A stretch of DNA of 64,000 nt. Source: Nemertoderma westbladi (lineage: Eukaryota > Animalia > Xenacoelomorpha). How positions within the stretch are numbered: the stretch's first letter is position 1; the number at the start of each line of letters is the position of its first letter. Location: the NCBI GenBank assembly GCA_032718475.1, contig JAUCBJ010006829.1, positions 12,688 to 76,687 on the forward strand. The letters are read 5' to 3'. The notes under the pieces were generated by a model that was not told the origin of the DNA, did not search any database, and worked only from the letters and a program-made list of their open reading frames with translations. Of this stretch, positions 25,902 through 37,390 are shown piece after piece. Both the position numbers and the translations under genes were made by a program.

Positions 25902-27086
25902 TGTAAAAGCTTTTGCGGAATTAGCCGGTTATTTTCCCCGCAAAGTACTCTGTAGTTGGTTTAACAGGCATAAAAGGCCGTATCCTTACTGTACTGGTGT
26001 TTTAGTGGACATACAAAGCCATTTCTTCTGTATGTCTACTTTAGCGGACATAATTAGCAATTCTATGACGCAATGCGCTAGATCCTCTTGAAACAGTGTA
26101 GTTACTATGACGACAGCTAACAGCTGAGCTGTACACGTGTAGCTTTTTCCTTGTTCTCTGATGTTTCTTTGTTCGGTCAACCAATCAGAGCGATTCTCCT
26201 GCTTTTTGTACAGAAACCTCCGGGAAATCGCGCAATGCATTATGGGTCAATGTTTACATTTTGTCCTGAGCCCAGAAGACCGGCTTTTGGAATCTCTGTG
26301 TTTTCAGTCTTTAGCCCAACATTAGTAGGCTTAATTATAGAACGTATATCTGTTATCGAATCATAACAAACCATATCATAACTCACTAAACATATCAATC
26401 AAACTTAACTTAACATTTTACTGCTATTTACTGTCGGTTATTCATTATATCTGTTGATGGAATATTATTATATTTGGAATACCGATAAATAATTACAAAC
26501 CCTCAATCTTCTTGATATACTGAAGGTAAGAGAGACCGGTTACATATAACGATTGCGATTTACATTAAAGTGGTTTTGAAGTGAATCTAATGCTATTTCA
26601 AGGCACTACATGTATTGGCTGTTGTTCTCTTTATATGTGACTAAAATTAGTGAAGGTCGGCAGATCAGTGTGCAGCATTGTGCAGTATTGTGTATGATTG
26701 TGACTGATAACAAAGCATCTCCTAAAGAATGCGCCATATACGTGAATCTATAGCCATCCCGTTGTGTCTAGTTTAAGTCATAACTCTGTTTACATATTTA
26801 GAGCGCCACGTCCTAAAGGAACTGTTAATATTTCCCGAAAGTGAATAATATTTGTCAGAGATTATATATTAACGATCAGTCGAATAATACAGTAGGCCTA
26901 CACCGCAATACAATTAGGCTTCCGAATCCAGTCTCCCAGGTATATCCAACGGGTGAATGATCGCGCATAGACTGGCTTCGGCTAATGTAGTGTATCAAAT
27001 ACTCGTCATAGGCTAAAGTCGATTTATTATCTAGAAGACATCCAAATTTGGCAGGTTAAACTGCTAAAGGTCTGAAAGCGCGAACA
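25902..27086 (+). repeat. 5' LTR of element A
   Basis: TGTAAAAGC...GCGCGAACA; direct repeat of 37391-38574. Confidence 0.95.
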
Positions 27087-27098
27087 ATAACAGATATA
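27087..27098 (+). promoter_or_regulatory. Non-tRNA primer-binding site of element A (ATAACAGATATA), complementary to its own LTR at 26345-26356
   Basis: No TGG; exact reverse complement of TATATCTGTTAT in the LTR; compensatory variant in element D. Confidence 0.7.
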
Positions 27099-27367
27099 GC
27101 TTCTGTATTGCAGTAGGCAATAAAGCTGAAGTACTGGCCAACCGGTACCTAGTAGGCCTGACTACCTAACCACCCGGACCGGTACCTACAGCAGTACAGG
27201 TACAGCAGCAGTATTATTCGATTTTAATAATTATATACCAGTAGGCCCTAATATTTAATCAGGGACTGCAGCCCTGGTTTTTTATTGGGATTTTACTTAT
27301 TTCTGTCAGTTTTATTTACTTGTAGGTTAATATTGAGCAGAAGACGTGTAAGCCTGCCCAGATTGTA

Positions 27368-27945
27368 TAGATAATTTGTAGGCTGGACTGTTGTCTGACT
27401 GTTGTTAAGTCTGAAGGGACTGTAGTGTGTGTAGAGCGTATGTCCGAAAAAGTACTAGTTAGGAAAGTAGGGGCTTCCAGAGCTGTGAGGTAAACCCCCT
27501 CGAAAGAATAAGTCGTACTACTCGGTTAGAACGCATACTAACTAACCATTTCGGAGTCTGCATATACTGTAGTGTATTTAGGCTTGATAGTAGTCTGCCA
27601 GCGTTTGGTCTGTATTTTGTTTGTGTAGTTTGTACGTAGCGTAATATTTCTTATTTAGATAATTTGTAGGCTGGATTTTGCCTGGCTGTTGTTAGGTCTA
27701 AAGAGATTTCGGTGTGTGTAGAGTGTATGTCCGATAAAGTGCCAGTTGGGAACGTAGGGGCTTCCAGAGCTGTGAGGTAAACCCCCTCGAAAGAATAAGT
27801 CGTACTACTCGGTTAGAACGCATACTAACTAACCATTTCGGAGTCTGTATATACCGTAGTTTGTTTAGGCTTGATAGTAGTCTGTCAGCATTTGGTCTGC
27901 ATTTTGTTTGAGTAGTCTGTACGCGTAGCGTAATATTTATTATTC
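27368..27945 (+). repeat. Tandem duplication (~288 bp x2) of a structured leader motif in element A
   Basis: TAGATAATTTGTAGGCTGG at 27368 and 27656; both units are conserved in element D (~62787-63362). Confidence 0.9.
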
Positions 27946-29182
27946 AGAGTTTATGCGATTATTCGCAACATTCATATCCCCAAGTTAATTCCTACAGTAA
28001 TTGTGCTTGTTATATATACCGTTATAGTTAAACTAACCCCGGTACTACATCAGGGCTGCTTGGCGTAGGTAAAGACTGGTGATTTTGTGCCCCGGTCACT
28101 CCAGCAGATACCATGGTTCTTTTAGCTGTTCAAGTATTTTAACTACTGATTATTTGTTGTATAAGTACTTGTACCTAATTTAGGGTTTAGTGTACAGTGC
28201 TTTCCGAAGGTAATTAGTGTGTAGGCAGTATATTTGTGTTGTAAAGTGGTTAATAGGCACGTTGGTTCTGGTAGACCGCGGTAATTAACTTCTAGGTAAG
28301 AACACTCCGTGATACATAACGTAGTACTTATAGCGATACGGCTATAAGTCGTCAGACGGTGGTATTTTCCTATCTGGACAACGCAGTATATTTACTACTA
28401 CTTATTATTTTCAAATACCGTAGTACCCTGTCCGTTTGTAATAACCAGATATTCTAACCCTTTGTTAGGCTGGTTTGTAGACTTCTTGTAAAATTACCCT
28501 AAAAATTCGTACGTGTAAATTTTGTGTTTATTTAGAGATTGTAATCTCACCCCGAATTGTACGTAATTTGTAGTATTAAGTAACTTAGGTAAATTAGAAT
28601 TATTTGTTTTTAGTGTCCAACAAGTAGCACTTCACTGAGAGCGCACAGCTTCTGTGTAGTGACTCCTTCCCAGAAATAATAACATTTATTTCAAACATTG
28701 ACAAACCCATTAAACGGGTATATATATATTATAAATCAACTCAAACGATTTATAAATAGTAGGCCTGTCTTACAACAATTAGGTCTTAATGTCAGTTGGA
28801 CTACTGCTTAAATAACGGTAATCAAGTAAAGTAAAGTAACCAAGTAACCCCTAAAATTCAGAAATTCAATTATTCTAAAATAATTGACATGCCGGTATTT
28901 ACAATAGGCTTATTATATTTATTTCCATAAATTTAGGCTGAAATTATACTGGTATTCTGTAATTAATTCTAGTTCATAATTATACTTATCTATACTATAA
29001 GTATCCAACAGTACTATAAGGTCCAATACCGTAGGTCTATCATAGGCACTCGAGCTCAGGTCAAGCGGGACCAAGAAGCAGCGGAACAGCAACAACCCGC
29101 GAGCCGAGAACTTATTTCTCAGCGGCCCGACAGCTCCGGTAGTGCGGATACTGTAGAGCTGACACCCGAGCACGGAGCAAAG

Positions 29183-32100
29183 ATGACAGATGCGGTTTAT
29201 TCGGATCCCCTTCTCATCCTTCCTGCAGCCGTACTCACTAGGTTATTGATTGCGGTGGAGGAACACCAGATCGATTGGGGGAGAAATAAGCGATCGACTA
29301 AGGATAGTTATGCGGGATACACAAGGGAAGAACTGAAGTCTATTGTCGAGTCGCAATGGAACTTCCCCGGACCCGGACTCCCGTTTGACTTATCAGAAGC
29401 TGCCTGGGAAGACATACACAGGATGGGAGTAACCAAGGAAACCATCGATCCAGCTGTGTGGAAGAGGTCCGCAGCCGGATACGTACAGGGATTCTTCAGC
29501 TCCATGGAGCGATTAGAAGAACAATTGTTTAGACAACCACAAGGACCTCAAGAGCAGGGAGAGCTGCTTTATCAAGTTCGAGAAAGAATTCTAAGAATGA
29601 GACTAATCCTATCGGCCTTTGAGGAGGCTTCGAAAAGGAAACAAGACACGTCGTTGCAAGTTGCCGTAAAGACTTGGTTACAGCGGGTGAGTCTCCAAGT
29701 TCAAAGAACTGCCCCATGGAAATCTCAGTTAGCTGAGCGCTCAACCCATGGAGAATCCACAGACGCTACATTTTCCCAAGTGGAAAGTGAAGCTACGGTG
29801 GAGAAACCGCATAAGAGGGATGCTATTGACATCTATCTGTCGGACTATCAACGTTTTGTAGGAGATGAAGAGTTGAGGAGAAGGCTAGATGGACTTAGCC
29901 CTAATAGTGAAGGAGCCAAGCTTGTGTTGGACGCAATCGATGTGGATAGGTTAGCTGCGAACCAAGCTAAATTCAATGAAAGCATCCGCATCACTAAGGT
30001 TCAAGAGGAACAAGTAAGGAAAAAACGTATAGAAGACAGAAAGACAGCAGCAGCGGCAGCGGCAGAAGTAGAAGCGGAAAGAAAGGCAGCAGAAGTGGAA
30101 AGAAAAGCGGCCGAAGCGGAAAGAAAGGCGGCAATGGCATCGGCCGAAGCAGAAAGAAAAGCGGCAGTGGCAGAGGCAGAACGGAGGGCATCTGAAGAGA
30201 CAACCCAACTAGAGTTGGAAAATCTTCAAGAGAGGCAGGACAACTTCAATAAACAGTTAACAGCTAGTCAAATGCAGATGATGAGTCGATCTACTCCCAA
30301 ACGACAGGGATATACATCATCTGAGGAAGGCGATACCACCGATACTGAAGGTGGAGGAAATAGATCTCGTCTCAGCAGATGTAGAAGGATGTCCCAACGT
30401 CAGAAATTGCCTGATTTGCCCCCAACTGTTCGAAAACAACTAGCTAGCACAGACTTAGGTAGTACAGAACCCCTAGACCAAATTATTAAAATAGACAGAC
30501 TCCCTACTATAGTAGATGAGCCTGAAATAATTAGGCCTGTTCTCGAAGCCACCACTTTGGTGATAGAGACACCTGTACTCCCAGAACCTACCTCTAGATT
30601 CCCTTTGCATAGCACTAAGCTACCTGTGCCCAGCAGAACAGCCCAGGAGACAGTTCATGTCCTGGACTCCGAGCGAAATATTAATGATTTGCCGCCCGTT
30701 GTCCCTCGTCCGCCCGCTACAACGTTGGCGACTCCCGCTTCGGCGGTCAAGTGGGTGGATGAGAGACAGCGGGGGATGGATCTCCTGCTCGGGCAGATGC
30801 AGGAGACTGTTAAGCAGTTCAAGGGCACAGTAAGGGAAAGTAGGTTAGAGTTGCAAGAAGTGCAGCAAAGTATCGCGTTAGAACGCGATAAATTAGTAAA
30901 TACACAAAAGGGTATACCACCACCCCCGGTAACAATGTGTCAACCTGTTAGGTCTGAAGTATCTCATGCGCAAGGTGTGGAGCCTACACGCATCTATACT
31001 GCTAGCGAAGTAGAAACTCCTATAGTGAACCCTATTAAGGGTAATTATAAACCTGTTGACAATGATATTCCCTATAGACCTGATCATAATCCGAGAAATT
31101 TATATACCGATAACTCGATATTAAATAACACGATGGCCCAAGAAAATTTTACGCGTCAAATGGCTAGAACCGAAGCCCGTCAAGCGGTAAAGGTGGGAGA
31201 GATAGTCAAGTTCAATGGAGATGAGATGAAATGGTTACCTTTTAATGAATATTACAAAGATAACATACAGAACTCTGTGCTATCTAATGGAGAGAAACTT
31301 AGATTCCTCATCGAGTGCTTGGAAGGATCTCCCAAGTTAATGGCGTTAAAGTTTATTGGACATCCAGATGGATTAAGACAAGTTTGGGATACACTAAACA
31401 TCAGGTATGGTAATAGGAATAACATAGCTAAATATTTGTATGCAAAATTAGTAGCGCCCCGAAAGTTCATTAGTAGCGGGATAATAGAGTTTTCCGATGA
31501 GATTCAAGAGATCTGTAGACAATTAGATTGGTTAGGTAAGTCTCATGAATATCAGAGTTCTATGGTTATTGGAGCCGTGGCTTCTACTTTACCGAAGGGT
31601 GGAGTAGGTACACGCTGGGATAAGAAAGTGTTATATATGATGGAACAACAACGACGAGACCCTACCATGTCTGATCTCATGTCATTCTTAGATGGAGAAG
31701 TGAAATTACAGCTCCTAAAGCAGTCCAGAGAGAAGACACCGGAAAACAAGGTAAGTGAGAAACCCGTTTCTAGGAGAAAGGTAACACCAGTGTGTTATAC
31801 CGACGACGGCGAAAGCCAGACTTCTCAAGGGGAGGATAGCGGGAAAGACACTGAAAGATCTTATTATGTCAATAAAACGCCTAAAGAACAGGTAAGTAAA
31901 TTCAAGTCTCGAACCAATGACAGGAGAGAACAGGTAAGAAAAACTCCTCCTACGTCTCCTAAGAGAATTCAGGTGAGAAAGCCCGAAGAAAGAACGAGTG
32001 TACACCATGTTATTCAAAATAAGGTAAGTAACATAAAACCGAAATGTGTGCTATGTGACGGGACCCACCGTTTGAATATGTATGATGAATTCCTGAAGCA

Positions 32101-32356
32101 ATCATTAACGGAGAGACGGGAAGTCATGTGGGATAAGCGGTTGTGTTATAATTGCCTCAGACAAGGACACCAACGGCGAACCTGTTACTCCGACACAAGG
32201 TGTGCAAAGTGCGGTGCGAAACATCATATCTTGTTGCACACTGAATTTGAGCGAAACAGCCAGAGTCAGGTAAGTGATTCCGAACTACATGTCCAATTCA
32301 GTGATGTGAACGACACTGACCAAAGTTCTGAGATGGAAGGATTCTATACGGATTAA
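29183..32356 (+). CDS. gag: Element A Gag (coiled coil, BEL capsid-like region, three Cys/His knuckles)
   Basis: KFNGDEMKWLPF...KLRFLIECLEG; CVLCDGTH, CYNCLRQGHQRRTC, CAKCGAKHHILLH; a TAA separates it from the in-frame pol. Confidence 0.9.
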   Translation: MTDAVYSDPLLILPAAVLTRLLIAVEEHQIDWGRNKRSTKDSYAGYTREELKSIVESQWNFPGPGLPFDLSEAAWEDIHRMGVTKETIDPAVWKRSAAGYVQGFFSSMERLEEQLFRQPQGPQEQGELLYQVRERILRMRLILSAFEEASKRKQDTSLQVAVKTWLQRVSLQVQRTAPWKSQLAERSTHGESTDATFSQVESEATVEKPHKRDAIDIYLSDYQRFVGDEELRRRLDGLSPNSEGAKLVLDAIDVDRLAANQAKFNESIRITKVQEEQVRKKRIEDRKTAAAAAAEVEAERKAAEVERKAAEAERKAAMASAEAERKAAVAEAERRASEETTQLELENLQERQDNFNKQLTASQMQMMSRSTPKRQGYTSSEEGDTTDTEGGGNRSRLSRCRRMSQRQKLPDLPPTVRKQLASTDLGSTEPLDQIIKIDRLPTIVDEPEIIRPVLEATTLVIETPVLPEPTSRFPLHSTKLPVPSRTAQETVHVLDSERNINDLPPVVPRPPATTLATPASAVKWVDERQRGMDLLLGQMQETVKQFKGTVRESRLELQEVQQSIALERDKLVNTQKGIPPPPVTMCQPVRSEVSHAQGVEPTRIYTASEVETPIVNPIKGNYKPVDNDIPYRPDHNPRNLYTDNSILNNTMAQENFTRQMARTEARQAVKVGEIVKFNGDEMKWLPFNEYYKDNIQNSVLSNGEKLRFLIECLEGSPKLMALKFIGHPDGLRQVWDTLNIRYGNRNNIAKYLYAKLVAPRKFISSGIIEFSDEIQEICRQLDWLGKSHEYQSSMVIGAVASTLPKGGVGTRWDKKVLYMMEQQRRDPTMSDLMSFLDGEVKLQLLKQSREKTPENKVSEKPVSRRKVTPVCYTDDGESQTSQGEDSGKDTERSYYVNKTPKEQVSKFKSRTNDRREQVRKTPPTSPKRIQVRKPEERTSVHHVIQNKVSNIKPKCVLCDGTHRLNMYDEFLKQSLTERREVMWDKRLCYNCLRQGHQRRTCYSDTRCAKCGAKHHILLHTEFERNSQSQVSDSELHVQFSDVNDTDQSSEMEGFYTD

Positions 32357-35300
32357 TTCTCCGACGAAGATGAATCCTGTTACATGATAAATACCGCAGT
32401 GTATCGAGCACTTACGTATGAAAAAGACACAGACAGCGACCTCATCCTAACTACTTCTGATCAACAACCATCTTGGAAAGCGCCAACTTCCAATGTAGGA
32501 ATCCGAGAATTTCCTGTAGTACAGTTAAGGGTCCACGGACCTAAAAGGAGTTATATAGTGAACGCCCTTCTTGACTCCGGTAGTACAGGAACATTCATTG
32601 ACAAAGAACTAGCCGAAGACATCTTTGCTGGACAACCCAAGTTCCGAACTAAGCTAAACATGTCAGGAATTATGCAGGTTTGGAAATCTACAGTAATAGC
32701 GGATTATTATGTAGGTGCGTTGTCCACACCCCAGGATGAACTAGGAGAACATAGTATAAGGTCAGTAAAGATGGTGGCGATAAAGAACTTCGCTACCAGC
32801 CAAGTGGAACCTTATAACTGGGATGAGGACGATTTCACCCAGCAGCTTGAAATACCTAGATTCAACACCGATTACCCTGGAGTGCAAATACTCATCGGTC
32901 AAAACGCGCATGAAGCGCTCGAGACATTGGAGAAACGGCCTGCTCAACCGCAACCACTACAAGCTTATGCGGGAAGAACTAGAGTGGGTTGGTACTTTAC
33001 TGGCCCTTCCCGTAGAACTCTCATGGAAAGATTACCGAAAGATCAGGTATATCAAGTAAGAGAATGGGAAGTTGAGAGCAGTGAGTTAGACGATCCAACT
33101 GAGGGAACACCATACTCCTCAGATAATGACGATGTCCACCAACTCTTCGACGAGGAGAATACCATTGATCTCCTTAAGGAAAACGAGACTTGGCAAAACC
33201 AAGTGAACTTATGTCAGCTCCTCCGTCCATCAGAACGAGACGTCTATAACGACGAACTGAATGACTTCATTGAACGTTGTAATGCCAAGACTCGGGATGA
33301 ACACGCCGTACGATTCTTTACTCAAGAGGCTGTAGAGCCCAATTCCTACGATAAGGCCCTATCGGTAGAAGAAGAAAGAGCCAAGCAGATCCAAGAGACA
33401 ACTACACGTTTTCTTAAAGATCAAGGTAGATATGAAATCGGTCTACCTTTCCAAAAGCGAGAACCAAAGTTCATAAACAACAGACCCTTGGCGGAGAAAA
33501 GAATTGCTCAACTACATCAACGCCTTACGGCAAATTCTTCAGCTAAAGAAATGTATCAAACGCAGTTGAAGAAATTTATTAGCAAGGGATATGCGGAGTG
33601 AGTACCGGAAGAAACACCTATAACTGAGAGAACGTATTATTTAACTCACCATTACGTTCCCAAACCCGGTAAACCCCATGAGGTACGAGTGGTGTTTGAC
33701 GGCTCCGCCCTCTATATGGGCCAATCCCTTAATTCCGAATTGTTACCCGGACCCAACTTACTCCAATCCTTGTTGGGAATACTCTTAAGATTAAGACAAT
33801 ATTCAATCGCTTTCGCTTCAGATATAGAAGGCATGTTCTTACAAGTCAAGGCGCTGGATATGGATCGAGATAGCCTACGATTTCTGTGGTGGCCTGAAGG
33901 AGACCTCAACCAGAAACCGGTGGAGTACTGGATGACCATCCAGGCTTTTGGGATAATCTCAAGCCCTTCAAACGCCTGTTCAGTGGTGCGCACCACTGCG
34001 GATGACAACCGAGAAGCCTTCTCTAAAGAGGTGATTGACAACATCAAACGGGATATATACATGGACGACAATCTAAAGTCCCTTCCATCAGTCAAAGAAG
34101 CCATTGATGTCGCTAAAGGAACGGTAGAGTGCTTAAAAAGAGGTGGATTTCGATTAACTAAATTCACCAGCAACTCCCGTGAGTTTCTGGAATCGATCCC
34201 GGTAGAAGATCGAGGAGCGAAAGACCTAGATCTAATCAAAGATGATCTTCCAGAAACCAAGACACTTGGTTTGAAATAGGACACAGAGAGAGATATCCTG
34301 TTTTTCCAGCTAAAACAGCGAGATAATCCAGTTCGGACTAAACGGATTTGTTTAAGTATCCTGAGCACTTATTTCGGATTGGGATTTATTAGCCCAGTTA
34401 TATTGATTGCTCGGAGTTTAGTACAACAAATGTGGCTTGAAAACCACTCATGGGACGATCCACTTAAGGGAGAATTATTAAAGAAGTGGATGAAATGGGA
34501 AGATTCTCTACCAGCCATCGAGAACTTTATAATTTCCCGTTCATATTTTGGTCATGTTCTCCCTACGTATTCCTATCAACTCCATGTGTTTGGAGACGCC
34601 AGCGATATGGGAATAGGTATAGTAGCCTACCTAAGAGTGGAAACTCCAGATGAAATCAAAGTCGCCTTGGTTACCTCTAAGGCATTGATAAACAACAAGT
34701 TGAAAGTTCCTCGAGCGGAGTTAAAAGCGGCTCTATACGCTACAGCCATCGGCCGGAATGTAACAGAACAGATCGACTATCCACTGGAGAAAACTGTCTA
34801 TTGGACCGATGCTTTACTCGTGTTGGAGTATATAACCAATGAAGTCTGTCAGTTCAGCGTCTTCGTTACCAACAGAGTAGCTATTATACTCAGTCGCACG
34901 ACGATGGATCAATGGAGACATTGCCCCGGAACGCTCAATCCAGCAGACATCGCCTCCAGGGGAGCTACTCCACAAGAACTGGTAGATACTCCAGACTGGT
35001 TAGGTGGACCCGACTTCCTCTACAAAGAAGAAGAAGAATGGCCTCCTCATCTTACTACGGCAGAGATCAGACAGGCCAAGGGAGCGGAGAAAGTCAAACC
35101 TAAAACTCGGGCGAGTAAATCGAAGTTATTCAAACCTATGGTAGATCTGTCTGTACTACATACTTCCGGAGACGACGCTTTGGATCAGAAACCCACAGCC
35201 ATAAATAAGATTGGAAATCTGGAATACCAGACGTCTCGCAAGGACTCTCACCTCTCCTGCAGGGAGCGATACATCACTACAGTTCCTGGAATCGGCTCTG

Positions 35301-36720
35301 TAAAGCCGTTACATATTTAAAAAGATGTTTTCATCATCACTACTCCGGGACGAAGACCAAAAGTGATACCGCTCCGCTGACATTGGTGCAGGTCCATGTT
35401 GTTAAAGATCTTCCCAAATATAAGATATCCGACAGGTTTCTGAAGGAGAAGATCAGTTATCAGGAGCATGAAGAAACCAACAAGCAGATGCTGAGACTCC
35501 TACAATGCTATGAGGATTCCGATAAGTATTTCCTGTTGTTGAGAAATCCACAGATGCGCTTACGGGATCGTTTCTCTAGCACAATGATAGATGGGTTGAT
35601 ACGTGTTGGAGGAAGATTAACGAATGCTCCATTATCCTTTGACACTAAGTTTCCCATACTCATTAGAAATCTTGAAATACAAGTCAAGATGATTGTAGAT
35701 GTTCACAGCAAACTTTATCATGCTTGTAGAGAACGAGTTCTTAGCGAAATTCGAACTCGCTATTATTTTTATAAACCCCGTAGAGCTCTGAACCAAGTTC
35801 TTAGGAACTGCATACCCTGTAGGAAAGCATTCAGTAGGCCTTTAACACAGCGAGAGGCAGAATTACCTAGGGAAAGAGTAAGCTTCTATGAACCACCCTT
35901 TACTAATACCGGTGTAGATTTATTTGGCCCTATTGAAGTATATCGTGCTAGGACTATAGTCAAGAGATGGTGTGTCATCTTTGTTTGTATGACTTGTAGA
36001 GCTATCCATCTCGATATGGTGAACGATTTATCTACCAACAGCTTCCTATTAAGCTTACGACGACAGATCGCTCGCTTTGGCACTAGTAACACGATGAGAT
36101 CTGATAAGGGAACAAACTTCATTGGTGCCAACAATGAAATCAAAGCTTACGTCAAAGATTGGAACCAAAGACAGGTGGACGATCAGCTAAGGGTAACAGC
36201 GTCTAGCTGGACCTTCAACGCCGCCGACGCCCCTTGGTGGGGAGGAAGTTGGGAGAGATTAATTAGAAGTGTGAAGACCGCATTTCACTTTATAGTGCCG
36301 TGCCGCGCGTATCTCACCGACGAACTTTTGCGGACGTTAATGGAGGAAATCGCCACCTATCTCAACGAGAGACCGCTTATGCCAGTCTCATCGAGTCCCG
36401 ATTCCCTGGAAGCGCTAACACCCGCGCACTTCCTACTGAAGAAACCTGTAGCCATGCTCCCATGATTGGAAATCACAGACGGAGACGAATACTGCCGGCA
36501 AACTTGGCAACTCATGCAGTTGTTATCCCGTCGTTTCGCTGACCATTTCGAAAAACATTATCTGCCCACGCTACAACTTGGTTTGTAGCGTGGTTTGCGC
36601 AGCAAGAAAACGTCAGCGCTGGAGACATGGTCCTTACTGTGGATGCAGATCTTCCACGTAAGTGAATGAGTCCCGCCATCGCTATTACCCTGGACGCTCT
36701 TACGAGGGAGTTTACGCGTT
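32357..36720 (+). pseudogene. pol: Element A Pol (protease, RT, RNase H, integrase) broken by stops and frameshifts
   Basis: LLDSGS protease; RVVFDGS, DIEGMFLQ and YMDD RT; FGDAS RNase H; H..H...C..C and GVDLFGP/SDKGTNF/WERL integrase; split over ORFs starting 32384, 33689, 34379 and 35383. Confidence 0.92.
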
Positions 36721-37312
36721 CCATCCTTACTTATTCGCGTCTGTTGAACAAAAAACACGCACACCGAGTTACGAACTAATGAAGCGTGTTGGTGAGTGTA
36801 TTTCCACCAAATTTGTTCGAAAATATCTCAGGAACGTCAATCCTAACAATATTACTTCATACCATTTGATCAATTTCATCCGTCAAGACGCTGAGTATGG
36901 CGATTTATTTATCAACTCGCACCCTGAGTTACAGGAAGTATCTCGACGGCCCTACGAATATCGAGCCCGAGAACGCGAGCTGGAAAGAACCATTAAACCG
37001 AGGAAGTTTCTCACCACTCACGGTCCACCTACCGCCATTGTCCAGACGACCCGTCAAGGACCCGTAGGAGCTGCTGTCCTAAGACGCGCCCTAAAGGCCG
37101 TTAGACCTCGCTCCACTGAAGTTGATATCGATCAACCAGGTACCTCGACCGGCGGATACACCGATCGTAATCCTAAACCTTCTGATGCAATTGTATTACA
37201 CCCTTCACCCAGGAGTTACAGCCCTCCTAGTAAAGTGGCTCGCCCCAAAGAGAAAAGGACTCTTGCTAGCCTCAAAAAACTGCGTAAACGCCGTCCGCGT
37301 AAGAAAGACTAA
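36662..37312 (+). CDS. Element A 3' ORF (216 aa): integrase C-terminal remnant plus unassigned basic extension
   Basis: Begins with a YPG motif, then an unrecognised segment and a KKLRKRRPRKK tail; ends 78 bp before the 3' LTR. Confidence 0.45.
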   Translation: MNESRHRYYPGRSYEGVYAFHPYLFASVEQKTRTPSYELMKRVGECISTKFVRKYLRNVNPNNITSYHLINFIRQDAEYGDLFINSHPELQEVSRRPYEYRARERELERTIKPRKFLTTHGPPTAIVQTTRQGPVGAAVLRRALKAVRPRSTEVDIDQPGTSTGGYTDRNPKPSDAIVLHPSPRSYSPPSKVARPKEKRTLASLKKLRKRRPRKKD

Positions 37313-37390
37313 CTGTTTAGAGTATTTTTATATTTTAGAAACTGTGATTTTTTATATTTTATAGACTTAAATCCCATTTTCTGGGAGCAG

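Noticed and set aside
25986-26366. Small ORFs repeated at 37475-37855 (also 40042/59903)
   Set aside because: They recur only because they lie in LTR pairs; no equivalent ORFs appear in sister LTR D.
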